DNA of 62,576 bases, counting the filler, from Rhabdomonas costata (lineage: Eukaryota), in the NCBI GenBank assembly GCA_019059605.1. It is 42 parts of 42 records of this genome, joined end to end, with 100 filler letters (N's around TTAATTAATTAA, not from the genome) between each part and the next. Parts side by side here need not be neighbours in the genome. Positions count along the whole stretch, not along the records: positions 11,948 to 13,340 come from JAHMHO010017252.1; positions 13,441 to 14,832 come from JAHMHO010017253.1; positions 14,933 to 16,326 come from JAHMHO010017254.1; positions 16,427 to 17,819 come from JAHMHO010017255.1; positions 17,920 to 19,312 come from JAHMHO010017256.1; positions 19,413 to 20,807 come from JAHMHO010017257.1; positions 20,908 to 22,300 come from JAHMHO010017258.1; positions 22,401 to 23,793 come from JAHMHO010017259.1; 34 more parts are not named here. One strand, written 5' to 3'. The translations under genes and the position numbers were made by a program. The notes beneath the pieces were generated by a model, which searched no databases, was not told the DNA's origin, and saw nothing but the letters and a program-made list of their open reading frames with translations. Shown one piece after another: positions 12,142 through 25,409 of the stretch; position 1 is the first letter of the stretch; each line of letters opens with the position of its first letter.

Positions 12142-13088
12142 TTCTTCGTCTACCCTTGTGGAGTGCCTGCTGCTGTGTGTGCTTTGTGACACGGTGTTGG
12201 ATACGCCCTGCCGCCTGGTCCTCGCCTTGAACCCGCAGCCTATGCTGCCCCCAGGTCCCCGGGAGGATTTTGCAGTCTTTCGAGCTTATCCGCTGGTCCT
12301 CGCGTGGCTTTGCAAGTTTCCCGCAGTAAAGAAACATGAAGGTTCCACCTGCTTTATATGTATTCACTATAGTGTCCCCGCCAACGCGCCTCCGTAGTTC
12401 CGCACTTATTCTCATTTTCGTTGTGGGGTTTCAGGCAGGATTCCGTCGCCTTATGCGGAGTCTTCTGGCGATCTACCGCCGATGTGGTGCGAGGTGAGGG
12501 TGGGCTCGGTGTGGCAGCCGTGCAGCTTGGCTCACCTGCGTCGTGCGCACGGGGGTGGAGCCGGTTCCCCTGGGTCCTTGCCCTTCCCCCCGCCAGGCAC
12601 CCTCCCCACCTGCCCGTACATCTTCGCCTTTGAGGCGGGACCCACCTGCGGGGGTGCGGCCGTAGTGGATGTCACTCCTCGGTGTGCACACTAACGGTGC
12701 TGTTGCTGTTGCTTCCTCATTCACAGCTCCACCCAACCAGTTGGGCTGAGGGAGGGGTAGTACACGGAGATTCACAACAAACTGGCGGAGGATGTTTGAG
12801 CAAAGGAACAAAGAAAAAAGCGCTCGCATTCGCGCGGGACGAGTGGAAGCCCAGCGAGGGACTGAACAGAAAGATGCCGCTAAATGTGCGATATCGGAAG
12901 CGGCTGAATTTTGCTCCAAAGGTACACCCCGAAGTACTCAGTGGCCTTTGCTGGGCGCCTGGAGGCTCTCCCGCTGAAGCTTCCGCTGACTGTGCGGGCG
13001 CGCCGCCTGGTGGAGCCCGAGCTGCGGCCGATGGACGATGACTTTAACATGGTGCAACCCGCACAAAGCCTGCGGGAGTACTACGAAG
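12142..13088 (+). CDS. XPC: XPC/Rad4 DNA damage recognition protein, transglutaminase-like domain exons
   Basis: In-phase exons are 12142-12254, 12435-12681 and 12922-~13088 (last donor uncertain). Motifs: CLLLCVLCDTVLDTPCRLVLALNPQP (cf. XPC [23 protein letters not shown]), LPPMWCEV...W, and YIFAFE...VVDVTPR|YTPKYS (cf. Rad4 YVxAF...DVTxRY). Confidence 0.75.
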
Positions 13089-16000
13089 GTACCATCGCAG
13101 GAGGAGAAGAATGGTGGGACGGGGTCACTTGCGACAAGAAACACCGTTTGCTCGCGCAAGGTCCTTTCTCGAATGACCTGGTTTCAAACCCGACCACACC
13201 GTGTTCGACTGTATGAGAAAGTGTTTGCAAAAAACATAGCAATCCTGATATGATTTGAATGATGAAAATGATGGAAACCTTGGGTCTATATGAACTTCGT
13301 CGCATTTGTTCCACGCTCACAGTTGCTTTACCTTTGAGAANNNNNNNNNNNNNNNNNNNNNNNNNNNNNNNNNNNNNNNNNNNNTTAATTAATTAANNNN
13401 NNNNNNNNNNNNNNNNNNNNNNNNNNNNNNNNNNNNNNNNTCCATGTTGGGATAAGCATGCACCCTCGTTTCGTTACGGGACCCCTTAGCGCTGCGCCCG
13501 GCGCGCAGCGCCCTTATTTGTTATTTAGTTTCTCCCGATAAACATATTGACAAGTTAACTATGATAATGCACTTGTCTTTTTTTACACCATATTTGTGCC
13601 GTTGGTCTCGGAAGAAGATTAGGTGCGATGCGTCGAAGGGGCACCGATTTTTTCGAGACAACAGCTGCCGTTTGCCCAAATCTTGCATCTTGTTGGGAAC
13701 ACACGGTAGAAAAAGCCAGGTTTCGGGCGATAACCTGAGTTCTGTCTCACGTCTCGGATTATGGGGGAGCCTACTGTATAAGTTTTTGCTATCTGCTACA
13801 CAATCCCGGAAATGCATGTGCCCATTTACCAGATTCATTCATCATCGTGACCACCATATTCGAAGGCTGCCATGAACATCACAGAAGACCTTCTGGGCCC
13901 ACAGCGGGAATTTTCCTGATTACTTTCCACTAAGTTTAAGGCTCTCCCCCTTCCCCTTTCTTCCCCTTGCCGGGCACACCAGAAGGGTTTTGGTGGTGTA
14001 CTTCTTTGGAGTCCTTTCTCTCGTTGTTCCTTCTATAGTGATGTTGGCACGTTTCCGGTTGGTACTTGTATTCCTCGGTCGGTTTCTGGCTCTTCAGGCT
14101 GGATCCCTGCCTGCCTCGCTGATCTCTGCCAGCCTTGGTCCGCCGCACCAAGGCCAGAACCCCCAGGCACTTGCAAAGCCTGTGGCTTCCTCCGCCCCTG
14201 TCCCCCGGCGGCAGTCTCTACCACTGGTGGAGGACTCCTCAGCGTACTCAGGGACCGGCTGCCGAGGTCATTTTCCCCGTCTTTCCGTGTAGAGATTCTC
14301 CTGAGGCTTTGTATAAAACGTGCTGTGTATATATATTTTGGGTGGGTGTGTAGTCATCCCTGTCGTTTCACAGGCTTTGCCTTCGACATATTCTCCCTTT
14401 GTGCTGGGCTGCGCGTGCCGGACACACGCACGCACGCACGCGCACACAAACATACACACATCTGCACCACACACAGGTGTCAAATAGAAACACTGGTCTT
14501 TAAGGAGCCTATCATGTGCTGGATGCAATTGGATCGGATCCATATCCACACTCTCGCTCAAGGAGCATCATAGGAAGGGTTCACTTGTGCACAGGTAGGG
14601 CATTGCCCATTGCCTTGGATTAGTCACTACTCTACAGTGGCGTGCGTACCTGTGCGGTGCATTGGTGGCTCTTGAAACTCAGCGCAGGGTGGTTTTTGCA
14701 TGTGCTTTTCCTTTAGGAGTGTCATTGGCCCTCTGAAACGGCAGCATAATGAAAATGGACTTCTCCTTACCCTGGTTCCCATTCTACCATTTTCATTATG
14801 CTGCCGTTTCAGAGGGCCAATGACACACCAACNNNNNNNNNNNNNNNNNNNNNNNNNNNNNNNNNNNNNNNNNNNNTTAATTAATTAANNNNNNNNNNNN
14901 NNNNNNNNNNNNNNNNNNNNNNNNNNNNNNNNGGGGTGGGGGGGTCTTCATCCCAGGAGGGGGTGCACCCCCACTCCACCCTTACCTGGACCACCGAAGG
15001 CACCTTAGGGTGGGGGAGGTGGTCCAGCACTACATTTAGGGAGTATACGAGCGTATGCGAGTATACGACCGGCTATTCTTCACTTGGGGGCCCCAGGAAT
15101 ACGGAATATGAGTGGGGTATCATGTGGTCTTTCCTGCACCCCGAGGTCCAGCATGGGCCAATGGGTGCATGTCAGGTAGAATGCACGTAGGATGCATCGA
15201 GGTACGAGGTGCATCCGGAGTAGAGGTCATCCCCAGGCACCCCCCACCATCAGCCCACCTTACCCTCAGCTTGGCATCAGGTGTCCAGGTCACGTGGGTA
15301 GCATCTGGGTGTGCCTGGGTCCTCATGGTCACTTTTACACCCCCTGTCAGAATTTCGCGTGGGTTTGTGGTTTTGGTTTTTGCATTCGGGGTTCGAAATT
15401 CGGATGTTGGTCTTCCCTAGTGTCTGCGAGTTTATGGTGTCATGGTATCGGCGTTTTTTGCATTCGTGGTTTTGGTCTTTGGTTTCGGTCTTTGCTTTCG
15501 GTCTCTGCATTCGGTATCGGTTGTAACACAGGCTCTCTTTGTATCGGCTATCTTGGTATTCGGTTTCTATCGGTCGCTTTGTGGACTCTTTGCGCAAATT
15601 TTAGAAGGAGCAGTGGGCACTGGCATAACCCCCGTATTTGTACAAACCAAGCCTGATGTATCACCGTGGTTTAGGTGGTGGAACACCCGGACTTAGTAGG
15701 CAGATTACCCATGTAGCTGATTTCGTAGGTGTAGGACTTGATGGTGCTCGTGGTTCCGTAGTGCTTGGGTTGGTCGGAGAAGCGGTTTCGTGGGTCAGGG
15801 TTCGTCTCTCCATCTCTTTGTGTCTCTTGCGCTTCATTTACGCTTCTGTCTCAGCCATGCTCTCTCAACCATTCTCTCTGGTTCGGCTGTCTTACCCATG
15901 TAGCCTTCGTCGTATGCGTGCCTTCCGTGCTCTTGACTTCCTTCTGCTTCGTGTCTCTTCGTCCCTATTCTCCCAAGGGAGGTGAGTACCCCCGCCAGAC

Positions 16001-19000
16001 GCCTATTTTATTACACCATCCGAGTGCATAGATCACAGGCAGCAGCTCAGGAACTAGTACCATGCGTAGAAGAGGTTCCGCATGCAAAGTTGATGTGACC
16101 GCGCTGGACTGGACGGTTCATCAGATACGCCTGGCAACGCACGCTGGTAAACCACGTATGAAGGTCACTGGTAACGATGGAACCAAGGCTATGCATGAAA
16201 GCCACAGGTTGGTCAAGTGCAGGTGCTGCGGCGATATCGCGTTGGCATGGGGCGAGTCATGGACGTTCCTCACAGGTTGTCACACGTTCATGACCACATG
16301 CAGCCAGAGACACTACACCACCCAACNNNNNNNNNNNNNNNNNNNNNNNNNNNNNNNNNNNNNNNNNNNNTTAATTAATTAANNNNNNNNNNNNNNNNNN
16401 NNNNNNNNNNNNNNNNNNNNNNNNNNGGTGTTCGCGAACTTTACCGAGCACGAGATCGGCGACGCCGTGGAGTGGGTCTTTGAAGATCACCCTGCAGATG
16501 TGCAGTCCCCCACCCCCGGACCGGTGACTTCGAGCCAAGGGGCATCCTCCCAATTGAACGAGAGTGGTCCATAAGAGAAGGCTCAGAAGGGGTGTGACAC
16601 TGGCAGTTTGGCAGGGCAGTCGGGAGTTCTGGTTCGGGTTGCGTTGTTTTGGTTGAGTGTGAGGGTTCCTGTTCGGTTTCACCTCCAGTTGAGCCTCCGG
16701 ATGTTTCGCCAGTTTCTTTAACATTTGGTGAGGGGCTTTGCCCGGATTTAGGATTTGACAGTCTGGTCTGCTTTTTGAACGAGCTTGTGTACGACGCTGT
16801 TTTTCCGCCTTGGGGAGTGATTTTCATTTTCACTGGCGCTTGTAAATATGGGTACATTTACTTCTGTTTTGCCGAGCTCTCGGTGGAAACAAAACAGACT
16901 TCCAGGAAGTGCATGCGTTGCAGCGGGAGAGTCGGTACACAGTAGTACGCTTCTGGAATTTCGCTGTAGCTTACGAAAAAGTTGGGAACTGCAGCGCTGA
17001 GGTTTGCAACAATAATGCTCAGCAGTTGGTGAGTTATGATGATGTCTGAGCTCATTACTTGAAAGTTTCGGTTTGAGTTCAAGAATTCGGAGGTGGAACC
17101 CGGAGATCCTCGTCTCTTTAGCACGGCGGTGGGCCTGATATAGGTACATCATAGGGACGCAGAAGATGCCGTATTGCCAAGACCTGCAGCCCACATATGC
17201 TAAAACAAAGCTGAAGGATGCGGGTTGACATCCGTGACTAGATGGTGTTTTGCAGACGTTCGATGCTAAAACCCTCTTCAAATCCTCAATCCTTGAAGGT
17301 AGAAAATGCAAAGTGCAGGCAGCATTTAACGGAAGAAGCATCACCGCTGATATACATCTTGGCGCTGGTGCATCCTGGATCCCTCCTTCCAGTGCAGTTC
17401 CCTCCTCTCCCCTTGGATCCCATCCCCTCCTACCGAAGTAAGCCAATATAAGGCATGCGCTTCCCGATGCTTTTTGTTCCAGGATGTCTTGGACCGCGGA
17501 GCACAACGGAACGGTCCAAGATCCCAGGTGCTTGCGCCAAATTGTTGTCATCGCTTTCCAACAATGGCGTAAGAGGAAATGTATGCGCCCTCTTTCCTGC
17601 GAATTTCACAGGAGGGTACACCCGTTTTTCTGCTTCCGACTTCCTCATAGGTAAGAAAAGGTAAAAAAGCCTCTCCTCTTCACGGAAGGGGACATCCAGG
17701 ATGCACCTTCGCGGAATGCTCAAAACCCTTTCCTGTTTTAGGCATCAAGCATTACAAGCACGTTTCCTATCATCTTTATCATGGTGTCAAACTTCACCAT
17801 GAACCAACCCCCCCAACACNNNNNNNNNNNNNNNNNNNNNNNNNNNNNNNNNNNNNNNNNNNNTTAATTAATTAANNNNNNNNNNNNNNNNNNNNNNNNN
17901 NNNNNNNNNNNNNNNNNNNGTTGTTTTTTTTGCCTTGATTAGCTGGGTAGCTGTTCGCTTTTGAGTCGCGGCGCTGTTTGCGTTTATGCGGTTTCTCAGG
18001 CCGAGCGCAAGCCAACTGCCGAAGCAGAAGTTTTTGGTGAGAACCACGAACGGCAGTGGATGGTGCACAAGGTGTTGGAGTCGGTGGGTTGTGCATGCGG
18101 CGCCTACCGAATGGGGTGCTTTCAGTTGCTGTGCAGGAATATTGGCGCTATATTCGACTTCCTTTTCACTCTCCGCTTTGCTCACTATCTCTGCCTTCTT
18201 GTTTTTCCGGCTATTATTGTAGCCTATTATTAGTTCTGCCTGCTGACCAGATTATATGATAAACATGATAAGCCTTTTTTGTTCACACAAGAATTAACAC
18301 GTATTATCGAATTAACAAGTATTATCTCTCAACATATATGAAACAGGCAGTCAGTTTATCGTTTAGGTACGCATCGCCTTTGAGGTTTTTTGAACGCGAG
18401 ACGTTTTTGGAATGCCGATCTCTACCTTTTGCGCTCTTTGCCCTCAAGGTAGCCAGACGTGCGGTACACGAGTCATCCTACTCGCAGCGCAACCTGAGCG
18501 CTGCGAACCAGTACTCTTACATGCTGTAAAGTTTTTGTCACCAATATATCTGTCATGCATGGAGTGCCCCTCGGAGTGTACTGCACTTTGGCCTCTGAAG
18601 GGCGATGCTCTTTGTCCCACAGTATTGTTACATGTGGATGCCCTCCTATTGAGTTGTATTGAGCTGCAATGGTATCGCTCCTGCTTCTCATCTGCAAAGA
18701 GCAAAATTCTTCGCCTCTGAAGTAATTAGGCTCCGGAAGCGCAAGTCGCAGCTCCGGAATGTTCCGGTGTTTCGTAGTGTTGTTCTGAGGAAGCTTGCCG
18801 TGATTTGATCGGGGAAATCGTTTCATGTTGTGTTTACATCTCTGCAGCTTGCCACGCACGTCTGATGGACTCGCAGGCTGTGTTGAGAATAATAGAGGGG
18901 AGTAACTTTCACTTTATGGTTTGAATGTCTGAATTTGATCCACCCGAACACTTTCCTATGGTGCCGCATTATAATGCGTTACTTGATTGAAGGCCCGGTT

Positions 19001-20458
19001 TTATGAATTTTCCGAGCTTTCGGGCCTGCAATAATGTGTTTTATTAAATGATGGCGGATCATTTCAATGCAACAGGAAGGCGAATCGAGCAAGCACTCAG
19101 CGCTCTTGCATTGCAGCTTTTACGTGCAGTCATTTTCTTTCATCGAAAAAACTAATAGCCTTGGCTGCTTTCTTTCTTTCTTTCTTTATACAGACGCCCG
19201 CCCTATCGGCTATTGTGTATCGTTGTTTTGCCTCACCAGGACACTGCTCCCTTCCTTCTCTTTGTGTCATACTGTTTTCAGTGATTCACCCCCCCCCCCC
19301 CCCCCCCCCACCNNNNNNNNNNNNNNNNNNNNNNNNNNNNNNNNNNNNNNNNNNNNTTAATTAATTAANNNNNNNNNNNNNNNNNNNNNNNNNNNNNNNN
19401 NNNNNNNNNNNNTGTTGTGGTGGTGTGTTGGGTGTTTTCGGTTTGGTGGCGATGCGAGAAAAGGAAACTCACTTCGTGCTTGTTCTTGCGATGGTTTTCT
19501 TGTCTGTTGTGGTGTTGTATATTTGTGCGCACGTTTTGGGTTTTGGCATGGTGGAACAGGATGTGCTTGCCAATTAGCATCCTTCTCCGTTCTTGTCTTT
19601 AATGTCGACGCTGGGAGAGCTGCAAAGCTGATCCTCACAAATGTTCGCAGTTTTGTTGGAAGGAAAGAACTGGTTTACAGCGGCAGACAGACAGAAGGAG
19701 TGGCACTGCGCGCAGGGTCAAAGGTGGGTTGTTATACAAAGAGGCAAAAGGCAAAAAGATGCGCACTTGAGTTACAGACAATGAAGAAACGTGAGTGAAT
19801 CAAGGCAAGCAGGCACGCTGATCCCAAGTTGACCCAAGTGAAACGCTGGCACAGGCTACATATTCCGAGAGCATAACACGAGACGAATATATTTCAAGGG
19901 TGCTCGCTTCAATTACCATGTCTTTTTGTTTAAAAAAACAAGACCAATTTTTTTTGTTGCCTTTTTGTTACCATCGGTAACCAGTACCACCCCGCAACAT
20001 GATTCGATTCGGTCCTGCTGTCTTTTTTTTTCTCATGAGGTGACCTAGCGCTTTCCTTTCCGTTTGCGAGCTTATGAGAATGAGCAGCTGACCCTTCCGC
20101 CAAGGATCGTCAGGTCCATATGTACCGGTTGATCTGGGGTTGTTTTTCTGAGCTGCTCCCATCGCCAGCCCGCCTCCCCTGCTCTCATGTTCAGGCCGAC
20201 CATGATGTAGTATTTATGTTTTCTTTTCCTGGAAGCCTCGTGCTGGCTTTCGTTCGAAAAGAAACTACCGCCCAATCAAAATTTAGGTACAGGCTGTGAT
20301 TTTTCAGGTTTAGTGGAGAGTGTTGGTGAAGTTTTCCTCAATCGTTTGGGCAGAGGCGTCTCGGCGATTGCGCCCTCCAATCTTCCAGGAGTGCTAAAGT
20401 CCAATTGTGTTCCGGATAGGAGGGGGCGCTCATTGATTGGCAGCGTGCTCATATTCAG

Positions 20459-20697
20459 AGCGCCACGGGGTACTGGCGCACCGCCCCTGCGGGGTCTTCG
20501 GGTCTCCGCAGTGTGCCCCGTGAGTCTGCAGTGTCCCCGCGTTGCCTGTCACCTTGATATGCTCTGCACCTATCTCCGTAAGGTCTTTTCCCATCTCTTT
20601 TTAAAAAATATACACAAAACCCATCCCTCCTGACATGTCCAGGCTTCCGGAAGACACCTTGGTGTTTCAGCTTCGGTTGCTGGGACTGAAGCCGTAG
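20459..20697 (+). CDS. Possible FKBP-type peptidyl-prolyl isomerase C-terminus (two exons)
   Basis: Exons 20459-20493 and 20643-20697 splice in phase to SATGYWRTAPAG|LPEDTLVFQLRLLGLKP*. This resembles FKBP GYG..G.IPPNATLVFEVELL, but the match is short. Confidence 0.4.
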
Positions 20698-20737
20698 CTC
20701 ACCCTGCAGCTGGTGTGCCGGCAGTTTCGAGGTTTTA

Positions 20738-20802
20738 GTCGATGAGGTTTTTGTCCCGGAGTAGAAGGTAACCTTTTACTCCGGGACAAAAACCTCATCG
20801 AC
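20738..20802. repeat. Near-perfect fold-back palindrome at contig end
   Basis: gtcgatgaggtttttgtcccggagtagaaggt / accttttactccgggacaaaaacctcatcgac, with one mismatch. Likely an amplification artefact. Confidence 0.9.
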
Positions 20803-23496
20803 ACCAANNNNNNNNNNNNNNNNNNNNNNNNNNNNNNNNNNNNNNNNNNNNTTAATTAATTAANNNNNNNNNNNNNNNNNNNNNNNNNNNNNNNNNNNNN
20901 NNNNNNNGGTGTTTGGGGAATAACCCTAGGAGGTATGCATGTTGAAAAAACGTTTCCTGTGAAAGTAAAACGTAAAGTAAACGTATAAGAAATCGTAAAA
21001 ATACCAAAGCAGATACATGCCCTCTCTTCCGCGATCAAGTGGACTCCTTTTCTGATACGAGTCAGCCACGCCCAGAAAATAGACTTGCTTCCGCCCAGCG
21101 AATTTGTTGGACGTTGCCCTAACTGCAGCAAATCCACCTAATGAAAGTTGCCACTGCGCAGCTAACCCCCATCAATGTTACGATTCACGAATCCCTAGGC
21201 AGTTTTGCGCCGCTGCTGACACTACTGAATGCGTTCACCCGATCTTCGACCCGGAAGCGAGGGGTACCAAAAGACACCAGGGTTCCTGTGCAGAAGAGAG
21301 GACCACGGAGAGGTGCAGTGTTCTGTGAAAGCCCTGCCCAGAGAGAGCTAAAGAGCAGCAGCAGCCCGAGTACAGTGAAGCAGCCATAACTGGTAGGCAG
21401 AAGAAAAAGAGCGAGGCCATAAAGATGGAGGTACAACTGAAATCCATGGGTTGGAGCAGGGCTGGTGAGGTCTCGCTCGGTACAAAATGAAAGGAAGAAG
21501 AAGAAGAGCAGACCTACTTTAAAGAGCAGAAGCCCAAGGAACGCGGCCCTTCTTTACCAGCGGCAATCATGGTATGCGCTTTGCAAAGGAGTCAGCAATA
21601 TACTGTTTTAAAATATGCCCTCAAAGATTCTGGTGCTCTCAAAGCAACCACTAACCGGCCAGGAGAAGATATATGCCGCCCATCCACAAACAAAAAGCAA
21701 ACAGACTAGGCAACAAAAGCCAATCGCATTGGGAGGGGCGGGCAAAGCGCCAAACAGCAAGCGGTGTTTTCTTGTTGTTGATTGCAAGAACTGTTCTAAT
21801 GCCGGGCATTCAAAGACGAGCACCACACCATTAGTATCAGTGACGGAGGCCAGCCCACGGTGTGAACATAGATGGTGTGCTAATCTCATTCCCTAACTTT
21901 ACATGGACACTGTGCTTGGCAGACGAAGACCGGAAACAAGGGGGTCGCGAAATGACAGTTCTGGAAGCATCGTTACGGCAACAACAGCAGAGCCATATTG
22001 CGGCAAGGGTTGAAGATAGCAGTCCTCAGAGCAAACCCACTCTCTCGACAGTCGACAAAGGAATATGTAACAAAAACCAAAATAAAAGCGCGGATAGAAA
22101 GAGTGAGAAGCAAGCGCTGTACAGAAAGATGAGCCGGTTACTCGCCACACACACTCGCCCACTTACGCAATGGTCCCTTTCGCTCGCTCTAGAGACGCAG
22201 GTATCCGCAAACAGCAGACACACACTCACACACCCACACCCATAGCCACACCAACACTGTGGCACTAACAATGCCCCCAACCACCAAACACACCCACCAC
22301 NNNNNNNNNNNNNNNNNNNNNNNNNNNNNNNNNNNNNNNNNNNNTTAATTAATTAANNNNNNNNNNNNNNNNNNNNNNNNNNNNNNNNNNNNNNNNNNNN
22401 GGGTTTTGGGTGGGTGTGTTTGTTTGTGTGTCGAGGAATGTCCAGGGGCGTGACCGGCTGGATGTTCTGTGCTGATGTTGGGTGCTTGTGGGCTGAAGTG
22501 TGAATCCTTCGACGCTCGGGAGAAGAAACAACTTCGTCGTAGGTCATTTCAGTCGAGATTTCATTGTTCAAGCAGCAAGCTTTTCAGGTGATTCCCTCTT
22601 CAGCACATGCGCAGTAAAAAAAAACACCAAAAAGGTGCTTCCCGGCTCTTTGATGGGCTCTCCACCGCAGCTATGGGGTGGCTCGGCGCACTCCTTCGCT
22701 GGGCTGCATGGGGTGGGCAATCCTCAGTCCCCGCTGGGATTCCCCACTGCTCCTGGCTGGGAGGTGAGCCCCTCCTCCCTCTCTCTTCTACGTCCTTGTT
22801 GCATTCAGAAAGAATCCAACTGACCGATCACAGGGCATGCCCGCACAAACGGAGTCCAGTGTCCATTCAGTTGCAAATAAAAACAGACAACAAGGAGCAT
22901 CAGACAAACAGCCGCGTGATGGTAAAATGAAGCAAACTCGTGGGGCGCGCAGAATGGTCTCTGTTTCCGTTAGCAATAATAGACGTGGGCGGCGGAAAGG
23001 AACCGCAGATCAGAGATCCTCGTAGAATGAGAGCAAGAAACGCACCGAAGAAAAATTAGGGAGACTTGAAAGGGGGGTTTGCATTTGCAAAAAAAAAACG
23101 GCCTGTGACTTGGCATGGTATGAAATTTCATTTCCTCGTTCGATATGCGATTACCCTTCAGACCCCATGCAGGCCTGCGTGCTACATTCTTAACCTTTCC
23201 CCGTACCATGATGTGAGTACAATGATAGTGGCTCATGCGTAATGCATTGAGTTCAGATGGTATATGGTGGATGTGAGCAAGAGCCCGGAAATGTATTGCG
23301 GGGATGGGTTTTTGGTTCAACACAAGCAGGCTTGTGATAAACCTAGTCTCCTCTTCGTCCTTCCCACTCGCTTCTGTACAACTAGATAGTTTTTTTTCGC
23401 CATCGCCATCTCCATGTTGCACCATGGGACAGCACTTCAGGTCCCTTTCGCTGACGGCAGCAGTTGGTTGGCGGGGGGACTTTCAAGGGATGTCTT

Positions 23497-23589
23497 GTGT
23501 TTGCCTCCCCCCCCCACACACACACACTTTGTTTTTTCTCCTTGTAAAGGAGAAAAAACAAAGTGTGTGTGTGTGGGGGGGGCAAACAC
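23497..23589. repeat. Internal ~93-bp palindrome containing a C-run and a (CA)n tract
   Basis: gtgtttgcc-(C)n-(CA)n-ctttgttttttctcctt is mirrored by aaggagaaaaaacaaag-(TG)n-(G)n-caaacac. It lies about 200 bp inside the contig. Confidence 0.9.
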
Positions 23590-24214
23590 TCTCAGGGTTT
23601 CGTGGCGTTGTTTCATGCTTCTCTTTGTCTGTGTCGTGGACCATTGGACAGTGAACATTGTTTGCTGCTGGCCGCTACTCTGTTGTCTTTGAAGTGCCTG
23701 CCCTCGTCGCAATGCAGGGAGTGGCACGACCCCCTCCCTGCCCTCCATTCTGAGTCCTGGCGGCGGCGGCGCGTTTTGCGCGTTCACCCCAAANNNNNNN
23801 NNNNNNNNNNNNNNNNNNNNNNNNNNNNNNNNNNNNNTTAATTAATTAANNNNNNNNNNNNNNNNNNNNNNNNNNNNNNNNNNNNNNNNNNNNGGTTGTG
23901 GTGCATTCCAGACGCAATCTTTTTGTGCCATATGGCCCATGACCTGCACAATAAACCGCTGTAAAAGGCAAGATAGGGAAAACCCAACAACAGGCAACAG
24001 AAGAGCAGAAGTGTGCAACTCAGGACATGATGTCAGAGCGAATCGGACTAACTTGCAATCAATTCACCCAGTACAAAAAAGGGAAACTTTGCAATTACAG
24101 GGGACGGAGACCTTGGCTTAAAAAATCCCAATACTCATCCATCCCACACAAACGAGAATTAGATGGCCTCCGCATCACAGAAAAGGTGAAGAACACTGAA
24201 GAAGCAGCTCGAAC

Positions 24215-24331
24215 ATTGGGCGCAGCAGTCGCCTTGTGTGCAGGTCCCAGAGGGGCAAGCGGACACCGTGAAGGGCTTGTACACAGTGCCCTCGGGACAG
24301 GCAAAGTTGAGGCACCGGAACTCCGCGTTGG
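24215..24331 (-). CDS. Single exon encoding a 6-Cys extracellular repeat module
   Basis: AG acceptor at 24333-24332 and donor GTTCGA at 24214, phase 1-1. Translates NAEFRCLNFACPEGTVYKPFTVSACPSGTCTQGDCCAQ. Confidence 0.6.
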
Positions 24332-25409
24332 CTGCAATAGGGTCAAAATAGAAAGTTTTCTTTCACTGCAGTGAACAACCAATAGCACCTAATCCACGCA
24401 TACAATTTCACGGAAAACATCACAGGTGCATTGCACATTAAAAAAGGGGGGGGGAAATGAAAGAAAATTCTTGCAAGCTTCTGCAAATTGAAGCGTCCGC
24501 TTTTTTCGGAAACGTTTTTCTGCAGAGAAACAGACAAGTTTTCAACCAAGCCGGTCCCAGTGGTGCGCAGGGGTGAGTTGTGCGCGTGCCGCCGCAGGAT
24601 GGCTTTTCTTTCCATCAACCCACTCCCTCACCTGTGTTTTTGTGTGCGTTTCCTTTCCGTCTTTTTCATCGCACACGCATGCAAAAACGCAAACAAATCA
24701 AAACAACTGTCCCTAAGTCAAAGAAGAAAACGCCTCCTGCCCCTAACCGAAGGCAGAATCCAACTGCTTACTATACTTCCGCTTTCACCTTCTCTTGGTT
24801 TTTGGAATTCGTAACAAATGAGTGGTCCATCCCCCAAACACAACGAACACTGCGTGCCCCACCAACCCCTAGTCATGTTTCCACTCATATTGGCTGCATT
24901 TTTATCCTTGTGCACATTTTTGAGATTTATACGTTTTTTCTGAATGTCGCCTCACGGGTGTCGATGTTGGGTCCGAAACGTTGAGGGCAATGTGCCACCA
25001 TCGGGATAACGCAACATTTGTTGAACCGAATGGTGACGAAAGGGCTTCCAAATTGTTGTCCCTTTCAAGTTCCTTACTAATTCGAGGTTTGGAAAATTAC
25101 CACCAAAACAGAAGCACTCAAAACTGAAAAGTGAGGGGGAAGGCATACCCACAAGGCTGTATTCTTGGCTGAAGGCACCACCTCTGGGAGACCGCCCCCC
25201 TGTGGTGATTAGGTTGTTGCCCACCATGGCGGTACGGGGGCTGTACAGAAAGTCAGGCATTTGAGAGAAGTAATTCCACAACACCNNNNNNNNNNNNNNN
25301 NNNNNNNNNNNNNNNNNNNNNNNNNNNNNTTAATTAATTAANNNNNNNNNNNNNNNNNNNNNNNNNNNNNNNNNNNNNNNNNNNNTGGGGGGGGGGGGGG
25401 GGGGCGCAG

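Noticed and set aside
8962-13088. Apparent gene clusters, such as the effector-like ORF near the cyclase and XPC
   Set aside because: The genes sit on different contigs joined arbitrarily, so no operon or system can be inferred from adjacency.
13488-13510. GC hairpin gcgctgcgc-ccggc-gcgcagcgc as a Helitron end or terminator
   Set aside because: There is no properly placed CTRR terminus or associated gene, and a single 9-bp stem is weak evidence.
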